The position numbers were made by a program, and so were the translations under genes. 63,075 nt of DNA, taken from NCBI GenBank assembly GCA_031270845.1, contig JAISXF010000032.1:1-63075 (forward strand), written 5' to 3'. Shown piece after piece: positions 26,766 to 36,387 of the stretch. This stretch comes from Prevotellaceae bacterium (GTDB lineage: Bacteria > Bacteroidota > Bacteroidia > Bacteroidales > UBA932). How positions within the stretch are numbered: position 1 is the first letter of the stretch; every line of letters begins with the position of its first letter. Below the pieces are notes generated by a model, which saw only the letters and a program-made list of their open reading frames with translations, had not been told where the DNA came from and made no database searches.

Positions 26766-27935
26766 TTATTGTCGCGATCGGTAAATACTGTAGATATTGT
26801 ATATCCCTTCCCGCAGGAAGCCGTATTCGGACGAACCCTGGAATGTGCGGGCGCTCCGGTAGTCGAACCCTACGCGGTAGATGCCGAAACCGCCTATTTG
26901 CTGGTCAACGCCTACATGCGTTCCGGAGGTGGGCTTATGAATGTATTTTGATTGCACTAGCACGCCGCCGCCGTTACCGGAATAAGATTCAAAATTTTCG
27001 GTCAGGATAGTCCGGCGCACCACTTCTGCTTTGGTGATGGTGCCGGCGCTGATCCAGTCGCTCATGTCGTCGAGTACACCGTTGACGCGCGTGTTAATCG
27101 AAGCGGTCGAAGCCGATCCGTAGGCTTGCAGTACAAAATAATCGACATTATAGGATTCCCAATTCTTGTCCATACGGCCTCTGGTGCCTATTTCGCCGTC
27201 GATAAGGAACAGCAGTTCCTGTTCAACCGGTTTGCGGTCGCCGCGGTCGGTTCTCGTAGAAGCGCTTTTACCGAACCAGTAACCCAGTTCGGAGACAAAG
27301 AGCCTGCGCTGCGCCTGCACCGTCCACAGGTAATTTGCGCTACTGCCGCCGCCTTGCGGCTCGTAGTCCCAGTCATAGCCGTCGTAGCCTTCGGCGACGA
27401 CCTTGTCGTAGATCGCTTCGGCATATTTCTTAATGGCTGGGCCTATGACGGCCACGTCGGTACTGTTGCCTACATTGTAAATCGGATCCGCGTCCACATC
27501 GTCGCCGACTTTCGCCGAGAACAGCGTAACGACGACCTTGGTTCCTTTCACCTTTTGGACATATTCCATATCGGTTTTTTGCAGTTCGGTCAATCCCCAT
27601 TTTGGTTGCCCCCAGTTGGAGGCAATGGTAACGGAGTCGGGCAGTCCCGAAAGGCTATACTGGCCTGCTGTTCCGCCGGCCCAGTTGTCGAACCATACGA
27701 ATGTCTGCGGCAGTCCCGGGGTCGCTTTCCATTCGCGAAGGGCGATGTTGGCGGGGTCGGTAATGGGGTCGTAAGGCGGCGGTGGCGGTGGCGGTTCGGG
27801 GTCGGGTTCTCCGGGAATCCCTACGGCGGCCGTTTCGATAAATTCAGCCGGTTCTATTTCGGTACATCCCGCTATAAAAGCGGTAGAGATGATGGCTATC
27901 ATAGCCATGTTCAGCATTCTTTTTTTCATATTCAA
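26766..27935 (-). CDS. Glycoside hydrolase family 18 lipoprotein (endo-beta-N-acetylglucosaminidase-like)
   Basis: 389 aa. Lipoprotein signal ..ISTAFIAGC followed by a Pro-rich linker. The GH18 catalytic motif DxxDxDxE is present as YDGYDWDYEP. Confidence 0.8.
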   Translation of the reverse strand: MNMKKRMLNMAMIAIISTAFIAGCTEIEPAEFIETAAVGIPGEPDPEPPPPPPPYDPITDPANIALREWKATPGLPQTFVWFDNWAGGTAGQYSLSGLPDSVTIASNWGQPKWGLTELQKTDMEYVQKVKGTKVVVTLFSAKVGDDVDADPIYNVGNSTDVAVIGPAIKKYAEAIYDKVVAEGYDGYDWDYEPQGGGSSANYLWTVQAQRRLFVSELGYWFGKSASTRTDRGDRKPVEQELLFLIDGEIGTRGRMDKNWESYNVDYFVLQAYGSASTASINTRVNGVLDDMSDWISAGTITKAEVVRRTILTENFESYSGNGGGVLVQSKYIHKPTSGTHVGVDQQIGGFGIYRVGFDYRSARTFQGSSEYGFLREGIYNIYSIYRSRQ

Positions 27936-27952
27936 AATGATTTAAACGTTTG

Positions 27953-29515
27953 TTAATTCTTTTTTGCCCACCATAAGTCAACCGACGGCAAATCCTGCCC
28001 GCCGATCATCTGGACGGCAGCCTGGACATTGGTTGAGTTCCGGGTATATTCCGAGATGGGGAAGCGTAGCCGGCGTGCGCCGCGGTCGATATTTACGGCT
28101 CCGCCGCTCAAGTCGGTAACCGTCGGGAAGAGTTTCGGGTATCCCGTACGGCGGTATTCGCTCCATGCTTCAAAGCCGAGCGTATAATTAGCCAGCCATT
28201 TTTGGGTGATAATCCGTTCGAGTTTTTGTTCGGTCGAAGCGGCGTCGTCCCATTTGACGGTAATCGTACTCATGGCGGCATGGTTGGTTTCGGCGGTCAG
28301 TCCGGTATAGGCTGCCGGCGGCGTGGAGCCGTTGAGGTACGCCGTAATGGATGCGGCAGGGATACCATACTGTGTCATCGACAGGGTAACGCCCTGTTCG
28401 TAGAGCGCCTGCGCCGTACCGCCCATATTCCATCCTTTGAGAGCGCCTTCGGCTTTGAGGAAGGCCACTTCGGCGGCATTCATCACCAGCATCGGCGAGG
28501 TATGGGTAAAGTTAGGCCGCGAAAAGCCGTCGTAGTCGGCTTTGCTGTTGTCCGTCGTATTGACGCCCATACGAACGCCGCGGTACCCGCCGCCGGAAGC
28601 GGGAGTCGCATAATACGTCAAGCGCGGGTCGGAATAGCCGGTCATGTAGGACGCGATGTCGGCGCCGAAGCGCAGGTCGTTCCAGTCGGCGGCCGCTTTG
28701 CGGTACGGGTTATCCGTTGACGGCAGCGTGGCATTGTCGCTATTGCTTGTGAACACCCCTGATGCGACGGCTTCTTCGGCCACCGTTTTGGCATAGTCGG
28801 CCGCAACGTTGCTTATCCTCATCGCCAGGCGTAATTTCAGGGAATTGGCAAATTTCACCCACTGGCCGAAGTTACCGTGATAGACAATGTCGTACTGGGC
28901 AATGGGCAGGGCTGCGCCGCTATTGCTTGCCCAAAACGTTTCGAGCACGTTCGTACTGTTTGTCAGGTCGGCTATCATGTTTTTGTACACTTCCTCTTCG
29001 GAATCGTACGCCACACTAAGTTTCCCTCCGCCTACTTTGGAGTAGGGCATCGGGCCGTAGGTATCGGTAACGCGCAACATGGCGGCTACGCGGATGATAT
29101 TCGCCCATGCGTAGATATAGCCCCTTCCTTCGCTGATTTCGGCAATGGTAAGCCAGTTCGAGTACAGGTTTGGAAAGGGGGTGGTAAACGGGATTTCGTT
29201 CCAGTTGTCGGCCTGATTGTAGGTCGAGAAATTGGTTCCGTGCCACATCGTCGGCGTAACCAGGTAGCCGCCGTACTGGTCGCCTACCATCTGGTCGATC
29301 ATCTGACTGTCGTTTTCCTGGTGGTGGTGCATCTGGTACATCATTTTCTCAAACAGCCCGCCTACCGTAGCCGAGGGGGTCAAATCCTTCGGTCGCGGAT
29401 TGTAGGGGTGACTGTTGTAATCTTCAAAATTTCCCGTACAGGCCACCAGCAACAGCAGGACGATGGCTATGCATGCCCGCTGTAAAGACCTAAAATTATA
29501 TTGTTTCTTATTCAT
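27953..29515 (-). CDS. susD: SusD/RagB-family nutrient-binding outer-membrane lipoprotein
   Basis: 520 aa with a lipoprotein Cys (LLLLVAC). TPR-like helical composition. It lies immediately downstream of a SusC-type gene. susD is used as a family label. Confidence 0.88.
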   Translation of the reverse strand: MNKKQYNFRSLQRACIAIVLLLLVACTGNFEDYNSHPYNPRPKDLTPSATVGGLFEKMMYQMHHHQENDSQMIDQMVGDQYGGYLVTPTMWHGTNFSTYNQADNWNEIPFTTPFPNLYSNWLTIAEISEGRGYIYAWANIIRVAAMLRVTDTYGPMPYSKVGGGKLSVAYDSEEEVYKNMIADLTNSTNVLETFWASNSGAALPIAQYDIVYHGNFGQWVKFANSLKLRLAMRISNVAADYAKTVAEEAVASGVFTSNSDNATLPSTDNPYRKAAADWNDLRFGADIASYMTGYSDPRLTYYATPASGGGYRGVRMGVNTTDNSKADYDGFSRPNFTHTSPMLVMNAAEVAFLKAEGALKGWNMGGTAQALYEQGVTLSMTQYGIPAASITAYLNGSTPPAAYTGLTAETNHAAMSTITVKWDDAASTEQKLERIITQKWLANYTLGFEAWSEYRRTGYPKLFPTVTDLSGGAVNIDRGARRLRFPISEYTRNSTNVQAAVQMIGGQDLPSVDLWWAKKN

Positions 29516-29530
29516 AATCGATTCCTCCTT

Positions 29531-32500
29531 TTAGAATTGTAGTTTAACATTAAATCCGATATTGCGCAAGCTCGGCAGCATGAAATAATCGACGCCGGCG
29601 TAGTAGGTTTCGGTTGTCGAAGCGGACAGTTCGGGGTCGAACGGCGCCTTGCTGTAAAGCATCAACAGGTTGCGCCCGACAAGGCTCACCGTAACGTTGG
29701 CTACATCGCCCAGCCATTTTTTCGGAACAGTATAGCCAAGACTGATTTCCTGGATACGGATATTCGTGGCGTCATATACATAATGGGCGCCCATGCCCGT
29801 TCCCTGCGCCACGACACTGAACCAGCCTTTGGGGTCGATGGCGACACCGTTACTGCTGATGCCCTCTTCGCGCACTTTTACGCTATTGGCCGATACGCCG
29901 TAGCGGTCGAGGATTGCCTGCGTACCCGACACAACATAGCCGCCGAACCTCGCGCTTACCAATACGCTCAGGTCAATCCCGTTCCACGAGAAGGTGTTTT
30001 GCCATCCCATGGTAGAATGTGCCAGCGTGGTGCCGAGTTTCTTCGGCTCGATGGCCTCCATCTGAGGCAGCCCGTTGATAGGATTGAGCCATACATTCCC
30101 GTTCACATCGCGTTTGAGCGCGCGGTCGATATAGAGGTCGCCCATTGTGCCGCCTTCGGAGAGAAGGATTAGCGGGCCGCCGCTATCGCCGAGCCGCGCC
30201 TTTTCCATCGTCTCCGGCATTTCGATAGGCGTCCCGTCTATCGGGCTGAGGATATTATTGGCGAGCCGCATCACGCGGTTGTCATTCCATGTCCAGGTTA
30301 CGTTGGAAGCCCAGCCGAAGGCGCCCCACGTGTTATTGAAGCCCAGCGCGAGCTCAATACCCTGATTGCGCACATCGCCCGACTGTACATACACGGACTC
30401 GTAGCCCGAACCCGCCGAGAGCGACGCCTTGAACGTTTGATTTAAGGTATTGGAATGATACCAGGTGGCATCGAGGTTCACCATGCCTTTAAAGAGGCGC
30501 AGGTTCAGCCCAAGCTCCCACGAATTGGTCAATTCGGGCTTCAGGTCATACGACGGATAGACTTTGGGGGCATCGTACGAGTTGGTCTGTTCGTTGTAGG
30601 TATAGAAGAACTGCGTCATATACCGTCCGAACGAAGTACCGACGGAACTGTACGACGCGCGCAGTTTGAGGAACGAGATCGACTCGGGCAGCTTCACCAT
30701 TTCGCTGATAACGCCCGACAGCCCGACCGACGGATAAAAGAACGACGTGCTTTTGGAAAAAGCCAGCGCCGAATCCCAGTCGTTACGGCCGGTAACGGTG
30801 AGGTACAACATGTTTCTCCAGCCTACTTCGACGTTGGCAAAAATCGACTGGACCTGCTCGATATACCCATCGGCATCGTCCTTATAGCCGGAGGGACGTA
30901 TCAGATTTTCAGTAGAAAACAGGTTGATCTTGTTTAGATTTCCCACCTGCTTTTCGCTGTCCATCCGCAGGTCTTTTATTGACGCGCCGATGTTGGCGTG
31001 TACGTTAAAGTCGCCGAAATCCTTATTGATATTGGCGATAAGGTCAGCATACGTTTGGGTTTCCAGCCGGTTGTTTTTAGAGAAAAATCCGTTTGCCCCG
31101 GCCAGGGTAGCCAGCGTACCGGCGTGCCGCTTGTCGGTTATTACATAGCTGGCATTGTCAACCTTCGCGCGGCCAATGACGTTCAGCCATTCGGTTACGT
31201 TATATTGCAGGCTGGCCGAAAGCATGTACCGTTTTTTATTGGTTTCATGCGTCATCTTGTACTGCGTCCAGTATGGATTTTGCAGTTCAAGTCCGCCGGC
31301 GCCGTAAGGCCAGTACTGGGTATTGGCTTCCAGTAACTCGTCGTAGCGTTCGTAGGTACGGATTTCGTCGAAGTTTTCGCCGCGCGGGAAGAGATACACT
31401 GCCGGCAGCGGATTATGATACAACCCGTCGGCAACCATGTTCTTGTCCGATTGCAATACGTAGCCGGCGCTCACGTCCATCACCAATTTATCGTTCAGGA
31501 AAGAAGTGGTATTCCGGTACGAAAAATTATACCGGTTGTATTCATTCTCCGGCAAAATACCGTTGGCATTCGTGCCGGCAAACGACAGGTAAGACTGGCT
31601 TTTTTCCGTTCCGGTCGCTAACGTAACCGCATTTACAACGGTGCTTCCGGTGTTGAAGAACTTCGCCGGGTCGTAGCTGTACAGGTTCTGCGGGGCGCCC
31701 CAGCTGGCGGTTTCCCCGTAATTATTGCCATACGTGTTTTGAAATTCGGGCATCACAAACGGCGAGGCGAAGGTCGTACTGTTGGAGACCGTAACGACGG
31801 TTTTGCCGGCGATCCCCTTTTTGGTAGTAATCAGCACCACGCCTGATGCCGCTTCGCTGCCGTACAGCGCTGCTGCCGAAGGGCCGGTAAGTACCGTAAT
31901 ACTTTCGATATCTTCGGCATTGAGGTCGGCTGCCGCATCGCTGCCCACGTAGTCGGTATAGGGATGATTGTCGCCTCCGGAGCCGAAACTGGTATTGAAC
32001 ATCGGAATACCGTCGATAACATACATCGCATTATTATTTTTCTGGATAGATTTCAGCCCGCGCATCACGATTTTCACCGATGACCCCGGCCCAGCCGAGC
32101 TGCTGCTGATATTCACGCCCGCGACCTTGCCGGCCAGGGCATTCATAAAACTGGCATCCTTTACGGTAGTCAGCGCCTCGTTATTGAGCCGCTGCACATT
32201 ATAGCTCAATGCTTTTTCCGCACGTTTAATACCGAGCGCCGTAACGACCACCTCGTCGAGCGTCGCCGTAACCTCATCGAGGACTATCCGGTACGCCGTT
32301 TCAGCGCCGATTGTTATTTCCTTAGAAATATATCCTACATAGGATACTGCCACCACCTGACCGGGTTCCATACCCGAGAGGCTGAATTGACCGTCGATGT
32401 CTGCCATGGTTACTTTATTTGTCCCCTGGACGACAACACTCGCACCCGCGAGCGGAGAACCGCTTTTATCCGTAACGGTTCCGGTGATTGTCGTTTGAGC

Positions 32501-32572
32501 GGAGGAAAGTATCGGCAGAACTAATAAACACAAAAGAACAAGTAAATTTACTTTGATTTTAAATTGATTCAT
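29531..32572 (-). CDS. susC: SusC/RagA-family TonB-dependent outer-membrane transporter
   Basis: 1013 aa. Signal peptide, carboxypeptidase-regulatory-like N-terminal domain (ITGTVTDKSGSPLAGASVVVQGT), plug region (..VVVTALGIKRAEKALSY..), and a large barrel ending ..GFNVKLQF. Confidence 0.92.
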   Translation of the reverse strand: MNQFKIKVNLLVLLCLLVLPILSSAQTTITGTVTDKSGSPLAGASVVVQGTNKVTMADIDGQFSLSGMEPGQVVAVSYVGYISKEITIGAETAYRIVLDEVTATLDEVVVTALGIKRAEKALSYNVQRLNNEALTTVKDASFMNALAGKVAGVNISSSSAGPGSSVKIVMRGLKSIQKNNNAMYVIDGIPMFNTSFGSGGDNHPYTDYVGSDAAADLNAEDIESITVLTGPSAAALYGSEAASGVVLITTKKGIAGKTVVTVSNSTTFASPFVMPEFQNTYGNNYGETASWGAPQNLYSYDPAKFFNTGSTVVNAVTLATGTEKSQSYLSFAGTNANGILPENEYNRYNFSYRNTTSFLNDKLVMDVSAGYVLQSDKNMVADGLYHNPLPAVYLFPRGENFDEIRTYERYDELLEANTQYWPYGAGGLELQNPYWTQYKMTHETNKKRYMLSASLQYNVTEWLNVIGRAKVDNASYVITDKRHAGTLATLAGANGFFSKNNRLETQTYADLIANINKDFGDFNVHANIGASIKDLRMDSEKQVGNLNKINLFSTENLIRPSGYKDDADGYIEQVQSIFANVEVGWRNMLYLTVTGRNDWDSALAFSKSTSFFYPSVGLSGVISEMVKLPESISFLKLRASYSSVGTSFGRYMTQFFYTYNEQTNSYDAPKVYPSYDLKPELTNSWELGLNLRLFKGMVNLDATWYHSNTLNQTFKASLSAGSGYESVYVQSGDVRNQGIELALGFNNTWGAFGWASNVTWTWNDNRVMRLANNILSPIDGTPIEMPETMEKARLGDSGGPLILLSEGGTMGDLYIDRALKRDVNGNVWLNPINGLPQMEAIEPKKLGTTLAHSTMGWQNTFSWNGIDLSVLVSARFGGYVVSGTQAILDRYGVSANSVKVREEGISSNGVAIDPKGWFSVVAQGTGMGAHYVYDATNIRIQEISLGYTVPKKWLGDVANVTVSLVGRNLLMLYSKAPFDPELSASTTETYYAGVDYFMLPSLRNIGFNVKLQF

Positions 32573-32782
32573 AAATACATTAATTAAATTTTAAATTGAT
32601 TTTGATAGCTCTTTTTACAAGAGCAGGTTTTGATTTGGGAGATAATTTTTTTTATGTCATACTGTAAAAATAATGTTGGTGAATAATAATAAAAAACAGG
32701 GCCAAAGCCCTAATCGGATGTTTGCAGTAAAAAAGGTATTTTGTATCGTGCATATTCGTTATTCGTTTTTTCAAATGTTATG

Positions 32783-32790
32783 CAAAGGTA
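32783..32790 (-). promoter_or_regulatory. -7 box TACCTTTG; candidate PUL promoter with a ~200-nt leader
   Basis: The plus strand reads caaaggta. It is the only consensus box between susC (ATG 32572) and the repeat block. Confidence 0.4.
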
Positions 32791-32825
32791 AAACAATTTT
32801 TCTAATTGTAAAATATTTCTTAAAT

Positions 32826-33024
32826 AGACAGAGAAGACTCCCGGAACATAGACTTTCAGACAGAACAGAGACGGAGAGACCTTCAGAGCATAGACGTTCA
32901 GACAGAACAGAGACGGAGAGACTTTCAGAGCATAGACGTTCAGACAGAGCATAGACTTAAAGACACGTGCCCGACAGCGCAGAGACGTAAAGACACGTGC
33001 CCGACAGCACAGGATGTGCCTGTG
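32826..33024. repeat. Composite AGAC-rich tandem repeats: 42-bp unit x2 (+partial), then 30-bp unit x2, ending in a hairpin
   Basis: CAGACAGAACAGAGACGGAGAGAC..CATAGACGTT starts at 32857 and 32899, with a partial copy at 32941. AAAGACACGTGCCCGACAGC repeats at 32961 and 32991. The hairpin CACAGG-ATGTG-CCTGTG lies at 33008-33024. Confidence 0.9.
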
Positions 33025-33054
33025 TTTTAAAAAAAAACAGGGGAGCGTTTGAAT

Positions 33055-33117
33055 TATTTCCTTGAGGATTTTTTTTATTTCCTCAAGGAATAATTTTATT
33101 TCCTTGAGAATTTGAAT
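33055..33117. repeat. 21-bp unit x3 (TATTTCCTTGAGGA / TATTTCCTCAAGGA / TATTTCCTTGAGAA)
   Basis: Unit starts are at 33055, 33076 and 33097. The middle unit carries the inverted core, so neighbouring units can pair (TCCTTGAGGA / TCCTCAAGGA). Confidence 0.9.
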
Positions 33118-33265
33118 GTATCTTTTGAAAAATAAATTCAAAATCTCCCCCATTTTTTTTAAAATTACACACGTCGGGTTCTGTCCGGCGCCGGTCTTTA
33201 AGTCTGTGCTCTGTACCGTAACCAATTTGTAACAAACTTTTTGCTGTTTCGTAATAAGGTTGCGC

Positions 33266-33273
33266 TACCTTTG
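33266..33273 (+). promoter_or_regulatory. -7 box TACCTTTG upstream of the response regulator
   Basis: gcgcTACCTTTGtc, 58 nt before ATG 33331. Confidence 0.5.
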
Positions 33274-33330
33274 TCGTAACTGTCGAAAGGACGGTTGCGA
33301 AAACGATGGCTAATTATGTATCTTTGCAAT

Positions 33331-34023
33331 ATGAAACTGAAAACAAAACAAAAAATTTTAGTCGCCGACGATGAGCCGGTGATTTGTGAAATTCTGGCGT
33401 TTAACCTCGCCAACGAAGGCTACGAGGTTACCTGCGTTCATTCGGCCGAAGCGGCGCTGCAAAAGCTCTCGCCCGAGCCGGCGCTGATTTTGCTCGATGT
33501 GATGATGGGCGGCATGTCGGGCTATCAGTTAGCCGAAAAACTGCGGCAACGCAAAAGCCGGATACCCATCATTTTTCTTACGGCTAAAGATACGGAAAAT
33601 GATATGCTTACAGGCTTTTCGGTCGGGGGCGACGACTATATCTCGAAGCCCTTCTCGGTGAAGGAAGTCCTCGCCCGCGTGAAGGCGGTGCTAAAGCGGG
33701 CGGCGCCGGCGGAAGCCAAACTCGAAAAACGGGTGTTCGACGATATTGTCCTCGATTTTGAACTGAAGGAAGTAACTGTCGCCGGAAGGCACATCCCGCT
33801 TACGAAAACGGAATTTGAAATCCTCGCGATGCTCTCCGAAAACCCCGACCGGCTTTATTCGCGGGAAGAAATCATCGACCGGATTTGGGAAAACCGGCAA
33901 TATACCACCGAGCGCACGGTGGATGTACATATCGTGCGCCTGCGCAAAAAATTAGGCGACCGTGCCTTTGTTATTTCTAATCGTCCCGGCTTCGGCTACC
34001 GGTTTAGTATTTCTGATGATTAA
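33331..34023 (+). CDS. OmpR/PhoB-family response regulator
   Basis: 230 aa from ATG 33331 (MKLKTKQKILVADDEP; the track start at 33295 is TTG). Receiver domain with LLDVMMGGMSG, and a C-terminal winged helix ..RTVDVHIVRLRKKL..GFGYRF. Confidence 0.9.
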   Translation: MKLKTKQKILVADDEPVICEILAFNLANEGYEVTCVHSAEAALQKLSPEPALILLDVMMGGMSGYQLAEKLRQRKSRIPIIFLTAKDTENDMLTGFSVGGDDYISKPFSVKEVLARVKAVLKRAAPAEAKLEKRVFDDIVLDFELKEVTVAGRHIPLTKTEFEILAMLSENPDRLYSREEIIDRIWENRQYTTERTVDVHIVRLRKKLGDRAFVISNRPGFGYRFSISDD

Positions 34024-35767
34024 AACCAATTACAAACAGCGGCTGTTCCTTTACTTCGTGGTCATATTCACGGTGTTTGCCGCAGGCATATTCTTCTTTG
34101 AGCAGTCGCGCGAGCGGAAACATAAAACCATAGCCCTCGAAGAGAAATTGGATGCGTATGCCGGTCTGATTGACGCCGCGATACGCCGCGACAGCGGACG
34201 ATTGACTGCGTCGGCGCTGCCCCTGGGGCTGCTTCCCGACAATATCCGGCTGACGATTATCGACCGGCAGGGAACCGTTGTCTTCGATAATGCCATCACC
34301 GACGCCGCCCGGATGGAAAACCACGCCCACCGCCCCGAAATCGCCGCCGCCCGCGAAACCGGCAAAGGCAGCCACATCCGTATCTCGGCATCCAACGAAA
34401 AGGAATATCTCTACTATGCCCGTCAGTTCGACCGGTACTATATCCGCGTGGCCTTGCCCTACGATATTGAGGTTCGCCGGTTCCTGAAAGCCGACCGGCT
34501 GTTCCTGTACTACCTCGCGGCGCTGTTTGTGATTATTCTTTTTATAATAAATATTGTCGCCAGCCGCTTTGGCAAGTCTATCCGGCAACTGCGCGACTTT
34601 ACGCGGGCGATGGAACATCCCGCCGCCGGCGCTCCGGGTACTCTGCCGGAGCTGCCCCGCCCCCTCTTCCCGCCCGACGAGCTGGGCGAAATAGGCGCCC
34701 AGATTGTAGAAAACTACCGGAAATTGGAGGAAAGCCGGAAGGTCATTGTCCTCGAACGGGAGAAGCTCCTCCAGCATGTCCACAGTTCCGACGAGGGCAT
34801 CTGTTTCTTCTCGGCCGCGCGCACCGTCGAGTTCTACAACGGGCTGTTCATTCAATATCTCAATACGATTACCGACGCCGCCGGCATCGACCCTGCCGTG
34901 GCGCTCACCGACGCGGCCTTTGCCCCCGTGGCTGCCTTCCTCCGGAATCGCGAACCGCAGGAAGCGTATTTTGAAACGCAAATCGACCGGCAGGGCAAGA
35001 TTTTTGCCGTCCGCATAAATGTATTCGATGATACCGGTTTTGAAATTATTATTAATGACATCACCACGCCCGAAAAAACACGCCGGCTGAAGCAGGAAAT
35101 GACCGGCAACATCACCCACGAACTCCGCACGCCGGTTACCGGTATTCGCGGATGCCTCGAAACAATACTTGGGCATAAGCTCGAACCCGAAAAGCGCGAT
35201 TACTTTATCCGCAGCGCCTACAACCAGGTGCTTACCCTGTCGGAACTGATCCGCGACATGAGCCTGATCACCAAAATGGAGGGCGCCCCGCAGTCGTTCC
35301 GTCAGGAAGCCGTCAATATTCCCGCCCTGCTCAACGCCCTGCGCAACGACCTCGAAATCCCCCTGCGGGAGAGGAACATCCGCCTCACATGGTCGATGGC
35401 CGAGAGCGTAGTCGTCAAAGGCAACCGCAACCTGCTGTACGCGATTTTCCGCAACCTCACCGATAATGTCATCCGCTATGCCGGTGCAGGCGTTACGGCG
35501 ACTATTTTGGTGTATAACGAAGACCGCGAGTTCTATTATTTTTCGTATGCCGACAACGGTCCCGGCATCCCCGACGAGCAGCATCTGAACCGTCTCTTCG
35601 AGCGCTTTTACCGGGTCGGCGAAGGGCGCACGCGCGATACCGGCGGCTCTGGGCTGGGGCTGTCGATTGTCAAAAACGCCGTCGCCTTCCACAAAGGCGC
35701 CATCGTCGCCAAAAACAGAGCCGGCGGCGGACTCGAATTTCTGTTTAAATTGAAAATTGAAAATTGA
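34016..35767 (+). CDS. Sensor histidine kinase (two TM segments, PAS-like linker, HisKA + HATPase_c)
   Basis: The start ATG 34016 overlaps the RR stop (ATGATTAA). H-box HELRTPVTGIRGCLE; N/G boxes NLTDNVIRYA, DNGPGIP, GGSGLGLSIVKNA. Confidence 0.9.
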   Translation: MIKTNYKQRLFLYFVVIFTVFAAGIFFFEQSRERKHKTIALEEKLDAYAGLIDAAIRRDSGRLTASALPLGLLPDNIRLTIIDRQGTVVFDNAITDAARMENHAHRPEIAAARETGKGSHIRISASNEKEYLYYARQFDRYYIRVALPYDIEVRRFLKADRLFLYYLAALFVIILFIINIVASRFGKSIRQLRDFTRAMEHPAAGAPGTLPELPRPLFPPDELGEIGAQIVENYRKLEESRKVIVLEREKLLQHVHSSDEGICFFSAARTVEFYNGLFIQYLNTITDAAGIDPAVALTDAAFAPVAAFLRNREPQEAYFETQIDRQGKIFAVRINVFDDTGFEIIINDITTPEKTRRLKQEMTGNITHELRTPVTGIRGCLETILGHKLEPEKRDYFIRSAYNQVLTLSELIRDMSLITKMEGAPQSFRQEAVNIPALLNALRNDLEIPLRERNIRLTWSMAESVVVKGNRNLLYAIFRNLTDNVIRYAGAGVTATILVYNEDREFYYFSYADNGPGIPDEQHLNRLFERFYRVGEGRTRDTGGSGLGLSIVKNAVAFHKGAIVAKNRAGGGLEFLFKLKIEN

Positions 35768-35799
35768 AAATTACGACAAGCGGAGAATTTTCAATTTTT
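35748..35799. repeat. Heptamer array AATTGAA x3 + AATTACG, forming a 13-bp AT-rich hairpin with AATTTTCAATTTT; candidate bidirectional terminator
   Basis: Stem 35760-35772 pairs with 35786-35798. The loop is ACGACAAGCGGAG, which contains the AATTACGACAAGCG junction also found at 47.55 kb. The HK stop TGA (35765-35767) and the deaminase stop (35799-35801) both fall within or adjacent to the structure. Confidence 0.8.
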
Positions 35800-36272
35800 C
35801 AGTAGTTCGTTTTGTCCGCCGTCTCCTGCCATCGGCGGAGGGGTTCTGCGCCCTCGTCGGCTAAGCGCCGGACGATTGGAATCGCCCGGTCGGCCAATGG
35901 CTTTGCCAGTTCGTCGTAGATAAACGAGTCGTCGAACCCGGCGTCCCCGGCGTCGGTGCGCGTGCCGGCGTAGTAGATTTCTCCGATGCGCGCCCAGTAG
36001 ATCGCCGCCAGGCACATCGGGCAGGGTTCGCAGCTGCAATAAATCGTACAGCCGCTCAGGTCGAAGGTATGCAATGTCCGGCAGGCGGCGCGGATGGCGT
36101 TCACTTCGGCATGTGCCGTAGGGTCGTTACCGGTGGTTACGGTATTGACGGCGCGGGCAACCACCCGCCCGTCTTTCACAACCACCGCCCCGAACGGCCC
36201 GCCGCCCTGCTGCGTAATATTCTCGTCGGCCAGTCGGATAGCCTCTCTTAAAAAGGATGTCGATAAATTCAT
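35799..36272 (-). CDS. Guanine deaminase-type nucleoside deaminase (CDA fold, GuaD-like)
   Basis: 157 aa. GGGPFGAVVVKDGRVV..NDPTAHAEVNAIR..CSCEPCPMCLAAIYWARI..GFDDSFIYDE is colinear with B. subtilis GuaD as I recall it. A TadA-type function is not excluded. Confidence 0.75.
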   Translation of the reverse strand: MNLSTSFLREAIRLADENITQQGGGPFGAVVVKDGRVVARAVNTVTTGNDPTAHAEVNAIRAACRTLHTFDLSGCTIYCSCEPCPMCLAAIYWARIGEIYYAGTRTDAGDAGFDDSFIYDELAKPLADRAIPIVRRLADEGAEPLRRWQETADKTNY

Positions 36273-36366
36273 CGTATGTTATTTTAAATGTAAATTAAAA
36301 TGAATGATAATGCGAACTTGCGCAGGCCCGCGCAACCGCCCTGCATTTTGCATCCTGCATCCCGTA

Positions 36367-36387
36367 CCCAATTCATAATTCATAATT
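36367..36387. repeat. Heptamer array (CCCAATT) CATAATT CATAATT, i.e. AATTATG x2 on the minus strand
   Basis: Read directly. The pdxJ stop TGA (36373-36375) and its last codons (..NYEL) are encoded by the array. Confidence 0.85.

Noticed and set aside
34004-35692. 562-aa ORF antisense to the histidine kinase. Similar long antisense ORFs: 53594..54967 (457 aa, spanning two genes and their spacer), 22326..23573 (415 aa), 16300..17487 (395 aa), 59075..60058 (327 aa), 18484..19338, 8921..9682 and 162..680.
   Set aside because: These are typical high-G+C shadow ORFs, with Arg/Gly/Ala/Pro-rich low-information sequence. In each case the opposite strand encodes a protein with clear family motifs.
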